Assembly: GCF_964204645.1 (NCBI RefSeq)
Contig: NC_134030.1
Coordinates: 18,684,210-18,748,209 of the forward strand
Direction: 5' to 3'
From: Tubulanus polymorphus
Lineage: Eukaryota; Animalia; Nemertea
Length of the DNA: 64,000 nucleotides
Shown here: positions 1 to 14,200 of the stretch, one piece after another
How the letters are laid out: the number at the start of each line of letters is the position of its first letter
Numbering within the stretch: position 1 is the first letter of the stretch
Program-made: the position numbers and the translations under genes
Notes under the pieces: model-generated
Databases searched by the model: none
What the model was told of the DNA's origin: nothing
Seen by the model: only the letters and a program-made list of their open reading frames with translations

Positions 1-3000
1 TCGGCCCGTCGTCAAGTTGATTACATCAGGAGGATCGGTTACTGTAGTAGGATACGCCTTCGACTGGGATAATCAGCTAACAGTCAAGACTAACAAACTT
101 TCATGTATCGCGCTTCACGCTACTGATTGTGACGGGTATGTGTTAAAGCAGGGAGAAAATCGCCTTAAAACGACGTCAGACTGTATCGTGATTCTACCCG
201 AAAACCGACGTCTTCCTTTAAGAAACATTTACATATTATCAGACCGCGAATATCAAATTGATCGATGTGCTCCGGAATATTTTATACACGTCGCGTGCCG
301 GCCCTATATGAATGTCAGCAGTAGTTTTATTACGGGAAATACCTCAACAAGAACTGTGTTAAACAAGGTATCATTTACTAGTCCTTATCCTTTTTTGACA
401 CCTGAGCGATTTATCAAACTGAGACGAAAGTGCTATAGAACAAAAAGGGCCGGTCATAGCGGTTATATCCCAAAGGATGTGTGTGGACTTGTGCAATCGC
501 CGAACTATCCGGGACCTGCCGGAATTACTGTTCAAAGAATATTCTATGCAGTCAGTTATAGATATCATAAGGGAAAATTTCGTTATTACAAATTCGTAAT
601 CAAATACATTGAAATGATTGAATGCGTTAAACAATCCAAATACTCTAAAGAAGCAGTATTGTTCGTACAATACATAAGTGGAAAATTTACTGACACCGAA
701 CACAAACAAACAATCTGTGGACGACACGCAGGGCATATACTTTACAGTCTGATGGCTTCTAGACATGAGTTCCAAGTGACCAACAGAATCCCAACATTTC
801 GGATACAATACATTCTACAAGAATCATTCCCAATAAATGACCACGAGAATAAGTGTGAGGCGGGATTTCTATATTCGGGAATTTCATGCGTGAAATACAT
901 CACGGATGAACCATTGAATTGGGAGAATGCTGAATTGTACTGTAGACAGAAGTATGCGGGACATCTACTAAGTATCAACTCAGAACAGGAGATGAATTCA
1001 ATTAAACAGTTATTTGCTACAAAGCTTCTTTTAACTGCATATTCGAAGAGAGCACTCATTGTGTTGATTGGATTGAAAAAACAGGTAAATCTAATTTAAG
1101 TTGCATAAAGGTATTGATAACGTTATCGGGAGTTGGGATCTCAGAAGAAGAAATTTACGGGGGAATTAACGGCCTCAAGTCTTAACGGTCAAGTTTAATT
1201 TCGGCACTAACTGTTATTAGCCAATGATTTAGTTCGTACCAGACATTACGCATATTACTTTACAATTCTCTTTTTAGCCTGAAACCAGCTTTTACACGTG
1301 GACTGACGGCAAACCGTTGAGTTACACAGAGTGGTATAAACCAATAAATAACGACACGATACCGGACGTACTTCAAGGGTTGATATCTTATGAAAGAAAA
1401 CAACCGACAAATGACGTGAATATGCCGTGTACAGCGATGATACTGAATAATCCACGAGGATCAGCGAACTGGGTTCGATTCCCGTGTCAAATAGAAGAGG
1501 TTCACGTGCGATTCTTTTGTGAATCGGAAAGAAATGATATCAATAAAAGTATGGCTGGGATAGAAAATGATTCAAAACATAATATGATATCCCAAATTAA
1601 ACAAGGTATTTTGAATAACAATACGCTGAATACAATGTGTGCAATAGGTTGGTTAGGTATAAATGGACAATGTTATCAGGTACTGACACGTTGGGAAAAT
1701 AAGGAAACTTTTGACGTGGTTAGTGCAAGAGAAATGTGCCGTGAGGTACGCGGAGAAATAGGTATAATACAGGACTTGACGCAAGCCAAGGAGATGATTT
1801 TCAGATTTCGTTATCAGCATCAATATGGCGCTATATTAACTTTGGATTCTAGCAAGCAGTGGATGATAATGAAGCCATTTGTTACCAGGGATGAAATTAC
1901 TTACGATCAGTCGGTTAATTGGGTAATGATACCCTGGGAAAATGCAAAAGACAAAATCCATTCTGTTTTGTGTTCTTATAATGTAACTGAAGAAGAGTTG
2001 GCTTCTTTAAGTGGTTGTAAATCGTGGCAGTTTAAATGTAACGATCAAAGATGTATCAGCGACCATCGCGTATGTGATACCAGACACGACTGTCGACACG
2101 GCGAAGATGAACTCAGTTGTACGGATATAAATTCATACAGTCAGTTTCAATGCTTTGATGGTGAGATTGTATCAATAAGTGGTTACTGTGATTTCATACA
2201 GGATTGTGTGGATGGTTCTGATGAGAATTCGTGTTTTCATCCCCCGTGTTTGTCGGAGGAATTTCGTTGCATCAGTGGTCAATGTGTCAGTGGGTCGAAC
2301 AGATGTGACGGAGTAGCTAATTGTAAAGACAACTCCGATGAAATTGAATGCACCTCTAAACTATGTCAGGGGTTCCTATGTAACAGTGGGGACTGTATCA
2401 GTTCTCAGTTGTATCAGGATGGAGTCGTGGATTGCAGTGGAACTCTTGAGGAAGATGAATTAGTTACGAATCCTCATATTACAGTGAATCCTACGATATA
2501 TTGCAATATTGAACACCACTGTACGACTAACTTCACAAATCTCTGTAAAGAATCTAATGAACAAAGATGTTCTTTCGATTCTCCTCATTGCTATTCTAGA
2601 CGTCACAGGTGTATTCTAGAACGAATGACAAATGGTTTCCCAGTTTGTAGAAACCTTGAGCACGTATTGAAATGTGAAGAATTTGTATGCCCAGTTGGTA
2701 CAGTGAAATGTCCAGCATCGTACTGTATACCTATCAGACAGGTGTGCGATGGTCGGTCAGATTGTCCTAATTCAGAAGACGAGCGAAACTGCGAGACTTT
2801 GTCATGTCCGGGAATGTTTAAATGTAGCCAGGAAAATCTATGTATTCCACAGACTGAAGTTTGTGATGGTGTTGTGAATTGTAAACATACAACTGATGAC
2901 GAGGCTTTCTGTAACGTAACGTGTCCTAAAGGTTGTGAATGTCAAGGGCATTCGATCGAATGCAACAATTCTCGGCTAACAGATGTAAATGGAATTTTCC

Positions 3001-4325
3001 AAGCATCAACGCGAATTTTAATTTTGTCAAATAACCAAATTGTCTTGGACGTCTTTACATTTTCCCAATACGTTTATCTTCACATGCTCAACCTCACCGC
3101 CAATGAATTGTCTTACCTTTTACCAAACTCGTTCAAGAACCTGCATAACTTACATACATTAGACCTCACGCACAATAACATAACATCACTATCCACAAAT
3201 ACGTTTACTGGTCTGTATAGTTTGAAAGAGTTATTCATAACTGAAAACCCACTACGTCGTTTAGAGGATGACACCTTCCAAGATTTAAAGTCACTTCAAG
3301 TTCTTGATCTTCATGGACTTTCTATGTTCGTGCTTGACAAATTCGTATTTAGAGGTCTATCTTCTTTACGATCGTTGAATGTCAGTGGTAACAGAATACG
3401 TCGTATTTCACTATTCGCATTTTTTGGATTAACTACACTTGAGACCCTCGATATAACCGATAATTACAAAGTCATTTCTGTAGATAGACAAGTTTTTGAC
3501 AATGTAACGACATTAGCATTTCTAACGTCTGATGCTTATAAATTTTGCTGCATGGCTCCGAATGTTGACCAGTGCCTTCCCGAAGCTGATCAATTTTCCT
3601 CCTGTTCAGATCTTATTGGGAATACAGCTCTCAGAGCTATCATCTGGGTCATCGCTTCATGTAGTTTCTTTGCTAACGGATTTGTCATTTCCCTTCGCAT
3701 TCGAGCGATTCGATTCTCCTCCTCAAATCCATCCTCAGACATCATCATTATAAACGTTGCTTTATGTGATTTTATGATGTCTATATATTTGTTTCTGATC
3801 GCTGGATCCGATTACATATATAAGGGAATCTACTTTCTCCATTCAGAATCGTGGACGGACAGTGCGCTGTGTCGTCTTGCCGGGGTCGTGGTATCTATTT
3901 CGTGTGAAGGCTCATTGACATTCTTGCTCATAATGACGCGTCATAGATATTCAAATATCGTTAATCCTTTTTCTGTGAGCCTGATTACATCTCCGAGATA
4001 TGTGTCCATTATTTGCTGTATATGTTGGGTTGTCCTGGGCATTATTGCATTACTACCTCTTACACCTGTCCCGTACTTCGGAAGCAATTTCTACGGCGCT
4101 ACAGGGGTTTGTTTACCTATGAATTTGATTTCCATTGATGTCGATGCCTGGCATTATTCGTTCATTATTTTTTCTCTGTCTACGTCAGTCATACTTGCTA
4201 CGATAATGGTGACTTACGCGCAAATGTACAGGCTTGTATCTGGAAGCAGGTCTGGTTCAGGAAGAGCTGATCCTACCGAACTGATTTTGGCCCGCAGAAG
4301 TTTGGTGATAAATCTTTGTAATGTA

Positions 4326-4328
<3 letters not shown>
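1..4328 (+). pseudogene. GRL101: GRL101-like CUB/CTLD/LDLa/LRR GPCR, copy A (5' end outside window; 3' truncated in TM6)
   Basis: Exon 2 runs to 1084 (CAG|gtaaat); exon 3 starts at 1278 (ttttag|CCT GAA ACC, PETSFYTWTDGKPLSYTEW). LDLa repeats (CKSWQFKC...GEDELSC), LRRs (LxxLxLxxN), hinge SDAYKFCC and TM1-5 are present. After ...VINLCNVI the sequence goes straight into (TA)n and lacks CWLP, TM7 and the C-tail seen in the other copies. Confidence 0.85.
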
Positions 4329-4488
<160 letters not shown>

Positions 4489-5322
4489 CGTTCTTTTTAG
4501 TCATAACTAACACTATATATACCCTTTCTTTTATATATATACTCGTCACGGATGAGATATATAGATTAACGGGTCACAGGCCCCGGATCGGTGGTACACT
4601 CCTGAAGTTTGTAGATAGATAACTATCAATAAACCATTTTACAGTCGCTAGCCGCTATTTTGTTAGGGTACTTTTGTCCGGTAATGTTGGGTAGTTTCTC
4701 TTTTTTTTTTAAATCCAATTGTGATGCGTGTTTTATCATATTTCATCGGTTTGTAGATGGATTTTGACAGTGTTAGTAGGGCCTGGCTAGTATTTCAGCT
4801 ATGTAAAATTCATTTGCAACATGAGATTGATATAGAAATCCGTGGCCAGTTTTTGCTGCGCGCATAGAAATTCAGGGTACCCAACTTTAAAGCTAGTTTT
4901 TTCTTAAAGTAAATTTCCTTAAATTCTAGGAACTGTGCGCATTAACACAATTCAAGTGGAATTCATAGATATCTTGCCCAGTTTTTGTTGTTCTATGATT
5001 ATTTAACTGCAGCGCGTCTATTGACATTCCGAGTTTCTGCGCTGTTTCAACTTTGTGTATTTTAGAATAAGGTGTTACTTGTTCTCATTTTCTGCTGTAC
5101 CCGCAGATTGCAGCCAGCAAAATGACCCTTTACAATAACGGATATCCCAAGGTCACTTCGACTTAGTCTCAAATTTTATGTGATAATCAAGCTAGTTTAG
5201 GCCTACCAGGGGTGCAATCATGTCGTCCACCAATCCGTCTACGAGAGAGGAGCGTATCGATCTGATTGTCAGCGTTAAAAAAAACGAACAGAGATTCGAC
5301 TAATTAGATGTTAAATGGTGTT

Positions 5323-5328
5323 TTTATT
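5323..5328 (-). promoter_or_regulatory. Polyadenylation signal AATAAA of the peptide gene
   Basis: tttatt on the + strand ~60 nt after the peptide stop; conserved in all five units. Confidence 0.7.
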
Positions 5329-5388
5329 GGATGTCATCTCGATGATAATAGCAGAGAAACTGACAATTGCTTTCAAGCAATTTAACAC

Positions 5389-6593
5389 TCAATACTCGTC
5401 CCACGGACATTTTTCATGACAGGTACTTGGACAGTTTGCTTGGCAGGCATCCTTTTGTGCGGCGGGTGTTCGACATTTTACCCAGCAATTGTTGAGACAG
5501 ATTTGACAATAATCAGGCTGCGCTGAATCAGCGCCACTAGCGACCATTGCGACCAGAGCTAAAACTACCAGAAACTGAAAAAGAGTATATTGTTACCAGA
5601 GCTGTACTTCCGCGGCTTATCAATGATGATTCCACAGTGGCTGCTCGCTCGAGAGTTCCACGCGTGCCAAGGGCTGACCCACAAGGTAAAATATTGTGCA
5701 GTAGGACATAAACCACTTTGGCAATAGAGGATTCTACTTGTGGCAAGTAGGGTCCACCAGGTGTCACTAGTGTGCAACTACTGTGGCGATAGTTCAAGAT
5801 CCCACAGTGAAAAAGAAATCGATGAAAATAAAACAACAAAAGAATATAGCTGCAAAGCGACGATAACGGGTTTTCTGCCAAAATAAATGTTTTAGTCGGG
5901 GATTCGAGCCAAATATGATGACTATATTATATCGCGATGTAAGCCTTAAAATCACCTTCGATATCACAGGATTAGAACGTTCACTATATACGCGACACAA
6001 TTCTATTTGTAGCGAATTCAAGTCATAGACGGCGGTGTCTTATTTTTACAAGTGGAAGCAAAATCTGAACCCGATAAGATGAATGGCACTGTTTGACAAA
6101 AAATATAACGAACAAATATTTGGTATCCGAAAATCTATTTAATTGCTGAATCTTGGAACCAAACTTTACCAATTCGGGCTTACAAATTTCTAGAAATATC
6201 AAATGAGTAGGTAATGCGGTTTATGTGTTATAAGTATTATCAATTGTTCTTGTAATTGCCAAAGAGATCGGTGGCCCTAATAAATCTATAATTAACATCA
6301 GTACACATGATGAAATACGTAAAAGACATAATAATCAAAATATCAAAACAGGACGTGTTTAGTGCTTCATAAAAATGACGACAATTTACAAATTGACTTA
6401 CTAATTCACAGAAATGGTTTGAAAGAAAAGTTTGCAAATCAACTTCCGGTCAGTTTTTTTTTTGTAAGGTAACAACGCCAATATACTTTTAACGAAAATA
6501 GTGTGGAAAAAGGTAAGTAGACTGACGATGGAGAATGTGAAGAGAGTTTTCTGCGAAAGTCCATAAAATCCTAATTACCTTTGATGACAACAT
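5389..6593 (-). CDS. Secreted 8-Cys peptide, copy 1; join(6579..6593,5389..5574), 66 aa
   Basis: Exon 1 caaaacATG TTG TCA TCA AAG|gtaatt; acceptor ctctttttcag|TTT CTG GTA; phase 0. Hydrophobic signal FLVVLALVAMVASGADS; mature region C-x2-C-x3-C-x3-C-x9-C-x3-C-x3-C-x3-C; TGA at 5389-5391; AATAAA ~60 nt downstream. Confidence 0.85.
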
Positions 6594-7429
6594 GTTTTGC
6601 CGATATTGTAGATCTCAGATCCCTCGCGTTCGTGGAGTCAATGCGATGTGTTTAACTGCATGTGCGTTACGCAGAGACACGGGTGGAAAATAGCCGTTTT
6701 AATAATGGAGATTCGTTATTTGCTAAAACTGTTGAAATTGTGAAGATGATTCCCGACCACTCAGACGCACTCGGTATCGTCAATGTCAAATAATATATAT
6801 CGTATTACATTGAAATCAGCAGCTGTAAAACGTACGTCCCTGAGCAGAAACTTCCCCGTTGTCCTTGAGATGCTTATTCTGACGATTCCGCATAGTCTTC
6901 ATCCATCCGTCCTCTGAAATGACACCATTCTTGAATCGTTGAATTCACCAAGAACGAGATGGTCATCATTAGCTGCTAATTATAATTTTACTGAATCGTT
7001 GATAGTCATCGAGAATGAAAGGGTTGTCATTTGGTAAATAATCATGATTTCGGTGAATCTTAAGAATCATGTAGAGTGAGAAGGCCACAAATAACTGGTT
7101 ATAATTTAACTGGAATTTACTTATTTCTATATAGTACGTATGTGAAACATCTGCTACTCAATTATCATGAATTCTGCGTCGATGTATAGAACATGTTACT
7201 TGATATAAATATTCGATTTTAAAAAAGCAGCTGGTCATGTAAGTACAGCAATTATGATTGCAATTGATTCAGATGTACTTCGCATTATTCCAATACCGTC
7301 GAGTTCACTTAAATTACTCTAATCAATATTCTGTTGGATGATTATTATTCGAATCGATTACTATGTTATTGAAACCCTTATCCCAACACGCACCGAATTA
7401 AATGAATTACGCATAGACTTTTGTAGATT

Positions 7430-7670
7430 CTAGTACTACCAAACTTCGACGATTGATGTATTGACCTCCTTTTACTGTCCTATCCTGGTCGGGACAATGG
7501 TGTACACATTGTACAGCTATGCAGGCGGGTTTGTATCTTTATAAAAAAAGACTGATGTTTTTTTTCCGATGCGGACAGTCGCAAAGACGGACGGATCAAC
7601 GGACTGACCAACAGACGCGGGCAAAAGTTAAGGTACCAAGTTCCCCGCTAAGTCCCCGGGACAAAGATAT
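7430..7670 (+). mobile_element. Possible Helentron/HINE-like remnant (recurs in each unit)
   Basis: (GACG)-like microsatellite gacggacggatcaacggactgacc followed by a GC-rich palindromic end (tccccg...ccccgggacaaa), resembling invertebrate HINE termini. Same segment at ~17.7, 44.9 and 55.1 kb. Confidence 0.3.
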
Positions 7671-8291
7671 TGTTGCGGTAAACTTACAGTATTGATATAA
7701 TTCTACGTTAATTCTACGTCTGCGAATCTTTGCATAATGAATTGAAGCTCAGTCGATTACGTCGCATCGAGTGGACATTCTATACTTAACAACCACTGAA
7801 AAACGGTTGAAGAAATCCTCTGAATTATCGAGAAATTACAAACAAAAGTAGGTGTATACCTGTTTTGAAACACTCTGCATATACGCGTAATGCATCAGCA
7901 TTCAGGAGCGACTTGAACGAAACGAAAATAATTTTGAGTATTTTAAAGTATGATTGGGCATATCGAAATAACCACGCGTGGAAACATGAAATTGAGAATT
8001 GCTGCTCAGAGAGATGGTACCGTAATTACTAATATATTGATGTGTATGTCGGAGAGCGAATACTAATGACAGAACGGGGGAAAAATATCATACGCGAGTT
8101 CGACAAAAATCAGCGGTTGAAAATAATTGCTAGATTTCTAAATTGCTGAGTGAAGCAAATAAATAATTTCACTAGAAAGAAATATACAATTGTACATCAT
8201 TTATGAGTGGAACCTGAAGATATGTGGGTAACCAAGCAGAATTTGAATAGTGAAGGAATTCCTTCATTCTGACGTGACGAAGTTACTCTGT

Positions 8292-11200
8292 ATGGATCGA
8301 TTGGGAGCGCTGTTTATAGCGTCGCTGATCGTCTGGCGAGTTATAATCGCACACGCTGATCCGTCTGACTCTGTGACGATCAGTTCGTCTTGTAACAACA
8401 CTTGGTACCCCGTCGATTCTACGTCCGGTTACATCGTTTCACCGAATTACCCGTCGTTTACGCGCGGTGTTGAATGTCGTTGGTTCGTGAACAGTTCTTT
8501 ACCGGGAACTTTCAACTTCAAACTATACTACGACATCGAGCCGTCGATATTCTGTAGTGCTGACTACCTTCTCGTTGATGGTTCAGATAACAGATTCTGC
8601 GGCGAAGGAGAATATGGCATCCGCCGTAACGGTTTGATCTCGCCGTTGTTGTTTAGGAGTAACGTCGATGGTGCGCGAGGCAGTCGGGTTTATATAACAT
8701 ATCGTTATGAACGAAATCGATTGAAAGTCAGCTGTGGTGTGACATTTACTACTCCCAGATTCAAGGAAATTATTACATCGGAGGGATACAAATATTCTAT
8801 AAGCCATCTAGAGAATTGTCGTTTGTTCCTGGAATGGATGGAGATGCCATATGGTTTCGCGATGAACCTGACTTTGGTCAAGATTAGGGTTAGAATGGAA
8901 TTTCTTGCTGATCCCGCGACGACTGGTAAAATCTACGACGGATGGAACAGCAGCAGTGAACCTATAGCTCTCATACCAGTACAAACCGGTCATCCAGCTT
9001 CATCATTCTATACTAAGACAAGTAAAACTATTATCTCTCTGCTTGAATATAAACTGAATTTCGATTTTCAACTTTTGGTTCAGATGTATAAAATATCTGA
9101 TTGGAACGTCACTAATCCGTTAATCCAAATCTCTAATGACGAGTTTGGAGTGCTCATTCCTGATGACAACAGTTTACACGTAATAACCCGATCGAAACAC
9201 TTATACTGCTGGTCTATCACAGTGCAGGTGTTACAGTACGTCGACTTCAACTGGACACGTGATCTCAGCACATCCGGTGACGTCATTGGTGTATATAAAC
9301 TAGAAGGGTTACGCGTTGTAGGAACTGATATTTTACTCGGTTACAACTACCTGGAATCACTGAGTGTTAAATCTGACGGCTTTCTCGTCATACTGTGCGT
9401 TTTGATGAGCGCTGATGTGATGATGTCGAAACTAGAAATATCCTACAAAATCAATTCACTAACAATAGGTTATTTACACGTTGGGAAATCAGTGGTAAGT
9501 ACTTCATCGTGATATCTGTATTGTCGGTATTTACTTCACGATATTAAACTGCGTTCAGCAATTATTTCTTTCGAAAAATTAAAATGATGATGAAATGTAA
9601 GATTATTTCCCATCGATATGTATCCTGTGCACGTTTAGTTTTAATGAAATGCACCCATCCAAATTGTCGTTCATATGAATCTACTTTTTGAAATTTACAA
9701 CGAGAATATAACATCTTAAGTAGCGATGGAACATTCATATGATTTTGTTTGTTGTCACAGGTACGCGACCCGGAGGAATGTTTACATTCATTCAGGCTAT
9801 TTCCGCTTGTAAAAAGAAAAACGTTGACGTATCGAGTGATCGAACATAAGTTGAAATGGCGAGTGGAAATATCGGAAAAACGATTTCAACTGGCTGTCTT
9901 ATCGAGAAACTGCGAGCGAGCTGGATTTTATATATATGATGGTGGTAATTTTACAGCTAGACGCTATGGTCCGTATTGTCCTGGTGATACCTATGGTCGG
10001 CCCGTCGTCAAGTTGATTACATCAGGAGGATCGGTTACTGTAGTAGGATACGCCTTCGACTGGGATAATCAGCTAACAGTCAAGACTAACAAACTTTCAT
10101 GTATCATGCTTCGCGCTACTGATTGTGACGGGTATGTGTTTAAGGACGGAGAAAATCAGCTCAAAACGACGTCAGACTGTATCGTGATTCTACCCGAAAA
10201 CCGACGTCTTCGTTTAAGAAACATTTACATATTATCAGACCGCGAATATCAAATTGATCGATGTGCTCCGGAATATTTTATATACGTCGCGTGCCGGTCC
10301 TATATGAATATCAGCAGTAGTTTTATTAAGGGAAATACCTCAACAAGAACTGTGTTAAACAAGGTATCATTTAATAGTCCTTATCCTTTTTTGAGTCCTG
10401 ACCGATTTATCAAACTGAGACGAAAGTGCTATATGACAAAAAGGGCCGGTCATAGCGGTTTAGTCCCTAAGGATGTGTGTGGACTTGTGCAATCGCCGAA
10501 CTATCCGGGACCTGCCGGAATTACTGTTCAAAGAATATTCTATGCAGTCATTTATAAATATCATTACGGAAAATTTCGTTATTACAAATTTGTAATCAAA
10601 TACATTGAAATGATTGAATGCGTTAAACAATCCAGATTCTCTAAAGAAGCAGTGTTGTTCGTACAATACGTAAGTGGACAATTTACTAAAACCGAACACA
10701 AACAAACAATCTGTGGACGACACGCAGGGCATATACTTTACAGTCTGATGGCTACCAGACATGAGTTTCAAGTGACCGACAGAATCCCAACATTTCGGAT
10801 ACAATACATTCTACAAGAATCATTCTCAATAAAAGACCACGAGAATAAGTGTGAGGCGGGATTTCTATATTCGGGAATTTCATGCGTGAAATACATCACG
10901 GATGAACGATTGAATTGGGAGAATGCTGAATTGTACTGTAGACAGAAGTATGCGGGACATCTACTAAGTATCAACTCAGAACAGGAGATGAATTCCATTA
11001 AAACGTTATTTGCTACAAAGCTTCTTTTAACTGCATATTCGAAGAGAGCACTCATTGTGTTGATTGGATTGAAAAAACAGGTAAATCTAATTTAAGTTGC
11101 ATAAAGGTATTGATAACATTATCGGGAGTTGGGATCTCAGAAGAAGAAATTTACGGGGGAATTAACGGCCTCAAGTCTTAACGGTCAAGTTTAATTTCGG

Positions 11201-14200
11201 CACTAACTGTTATTAGCCAATAATTTAGTTCGTACCAGACATTACGCATATTACTTTACAATTCTCTTTTTAGCCTGAAACCAGCTTTTACACGTGGACT
11301 GACGGCAAACCGTTGAGTTACACAGAGTGGTATAAACCAATAAATAACGACACGATACCGGACGTACTTCAAGGGTTGATATCTTATGAAAGAAAACAAC
11401 CGACAAATGACGTGAATATGCCGTGTACAGCGATGATACTGAATAATCCACGAGGATCAGCGAACTGGGTTCGATTCCCGTGTCAAATAGAAGAGGTTCA
11501 CGTGCGATTCTTTTGTGAATCGGAAAGAAATGATATCAATAAAAGTATGGCTGGGATAGAAAATGATTCAAAACATAATATGATATCCCAAATAAAACAA
11601 GGTATTTTGAATAATAATACGCTGAATACAATGTGTGCAATAGGTTGGTTAGTTATAGATGGACAATGTTATCAGGTACTGACACGTTGGGAAAATAAGG
11701 AGTCTTTTGACGTGGTTAGTGCAAGAGAAATGTGTCGTGAGGTACGCGGGGAAATTGGTATAATACAGGACTTGACGCAAGCCAAGGAGATGATTTTCAG
11801 ATTTCGTTATCAGCATCAATATGGCGCTATATTAACTTTGGATTCTAGCAAGCAGTGGATGATAATGAAGCCATTTGTTACCAGGATGAAATTACTTACG
11901 ATCAGTCGGTTAATTGGGTAATGATACCCTGGGAAAATGCAAAAGACAAAATCCATTCTGTTTTGTGTTCCTATAATGTAACTGAAGAAGAGTTGGCTTC
12001 TTTAAGTGGTTGTAAATCGTGGCAGTTTAAATGTAACGATCAAAGATGTATCAGCGACCATCGCGTATGTGATACCAGACACGACTGTCGACACGGCGAA
12101 GATGAACTCAGTTGTACGGATATAAATTCATACAGTTAGTTTCAATGCTTTGATGGTGAGATTGTATCAATAAGTGGTTACTGTGATTTCATACAGGATT
12201 GTGTGGATGGTTCTGATGAGAATTCGTGTTTTCATCCCCCGTGTTTGTCCGAGGAATTTCGTTGCATCAGTGGTCAATGTGTCAGTGGGTCGAACAGATG
12301 TGACAGAGTAGCTAATTGTAAAGACAACTCCGATGAAATTGAATGCACCTCTCAACTATGTCAGGGGTTCTTATGTAACAGTGGGTACTGTATCAGTTCT
12401 CAGTTGTATCAGGATGGAGTTGTGGATTGCAGTGGAACTCTTGAGGAAGATGAATTAGTTACGAATCCTAATATTACAGTGAATCCTACGATATATTGCA
12501 ATGAACACCACTGTACGACTAACTTCACAAATCTCTGTACAGAATCCGATGAACAAAGATGTTCTTTCGATTCTCCTCATTGCTATTCTAGACGTCACAG
12601 GTGTATTCTAGAACGAATGACAAATGGTTTCCCAGTTTGTAGAAACCTTGAGCACGTATTGAAATGTGAAGAATTTGTATGCCCAGTTGGTACTGTGAAA
12701 TGTCCAGCATCGTACTGTATACCTATCAGACAGGTGTTCGATGGTCGGTCAGATTGTCCTAATTCAGAAGACGAGCGAAACTGCGAGACTTTGTCATGTC
12801 CGGGAATGTTTAAATGTAGCCAGGAAAATCGATGTATTCCACAGACTGAAGTTTGTGATGGTGTTGTGAATTGTAAACATACAACTGATGACGAGGCTTT
12901 CTGTAACGTCACGTGTCCTAAAGGTTGTGAATGTCAAGGTCATTCGATCAAATGCAACAATTCTCGGCTAACAGATTTAGATGGCATTTTCCAAGCATCA
13001 ACGCAAATTTTAATTTTGTCAAATAACCAAATTGTCTTGAACGTCTTTACATTTTCCCAATACGTTTATCTCCACAAGCTCAACCTCACCGCCAATGAAT
13101 TGTCTTACCTTTTACCAAACTCGTTCAAGAACCGGCATAACTTACATACATTAGACCTCACGCACAATAACATAACATCATTATCCACAAATACGTTTAC
13201 TGGTCTGTATAGTTTGAAAGAGTTATTCATAACTGAAAACCCACTACATCGTTTAGAGGATGACACCTTCCAAGATTTAAAGTCACTTCAGGTTCTTGAT
13301 CTTCGTCGACTTTCCTTGTTCGTGCTTGACAGATTCGTATTTAGAGGTCTATCTTGTTTACGATCGTTGAATATCAGTGGTAACAGAATACGTCGTATTT
13401 CACTATACGCATTTTTTGGATTAACTACACTTGAGACCCTCGATATAACCGATAATTACAAAGTCATTTCTGTAGATAGACAAGTTTTTGACAATGTAAC
13501 GACATTAGCATTTCTAACGTCTGATGCTTATAAATTTTGCTGCATGGCTCCGAATGTTGACCAGTGCCTTCCCGAAGCTGATCAATTTTCCTCCTGTTCA
13601 GATCTTATTGGGAATACAGCTCTCAGAGCTATCATCTGGGTCATCGCTTCATGTAGTTTCTTTGCTAACGGATTTGTCATTTCCCTTCGCATTCGAGCGA
13701 TTCGATTCTCCTCCTCAAATCCATCCTCAGACATCATCATTATAAACGTTGCTTTATGTGATTTTATGATGTCTATATATTTGTTTCTGATCGCTGGAGC
13801 CGATTACATATATAAGGGAATCTACTTTCTCCATTCAGAATCGTGGACGGACAGTGCGTTGTGTCGTCTTGCCGGGGTCGTGGTATCTATTTCGTGTGAA
13901 GGCTCATTGATATTCTTGCTCATAATGACGCGTCATAGATATTCAAATATCGTTAATCCTTTTTCTGTGAGCCTGATTACATCTCCGAGATATGTGGCAA
14001 TTATTTGCTGTATATGTTGGGTTGTCTTGGGCATTATTGCATTACTACCTCTTACACCTGTCCCGTACTTCGGAAGCAATTTCTACGGCGCTACAGGGGT
14101 TTGTTTACCTATGAATTTGATTTCCATTGATGTCGATGCCTGGCATTATTCGTTCATTATTTTTTCTCTGTCTACGTCAGTCATACTTGCTACGATAATG

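Noticed and set aside
371-1059. Recurrent antisense or alternate-frame ORFs over the receptor exons (MYPKCWDS..., MSALFEYA..., MLINFAAW...)
   Set aside because: They recur only because the DNA is recently duplicated; lengths vary, they are absent from divergent copy C, and they have no motifs.
5537-5881. Track ORFs MAENPLSS.../MHTSDTWW... and the N-terminal extension of 15547..15873
   Set aside because: They lie in the peptide gene's intron and their frames are not preserved between copies.
7790-8120. Possible MITE upstream of the receptor ATG (caacc(a/g)ctga ... tcagcggttg)
   Set aside because: Only ~10 bp of imperfect inverted match and no TSD; could be chance.
11855-12203. Programmed frameshifting or readthrough to produce soluble versus membrane receptor forms
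   Set aside because: Lesions occur at different positions in every copy with no slippery or readthrough context; ordinary pseudogenisation or sequence error is simpler.
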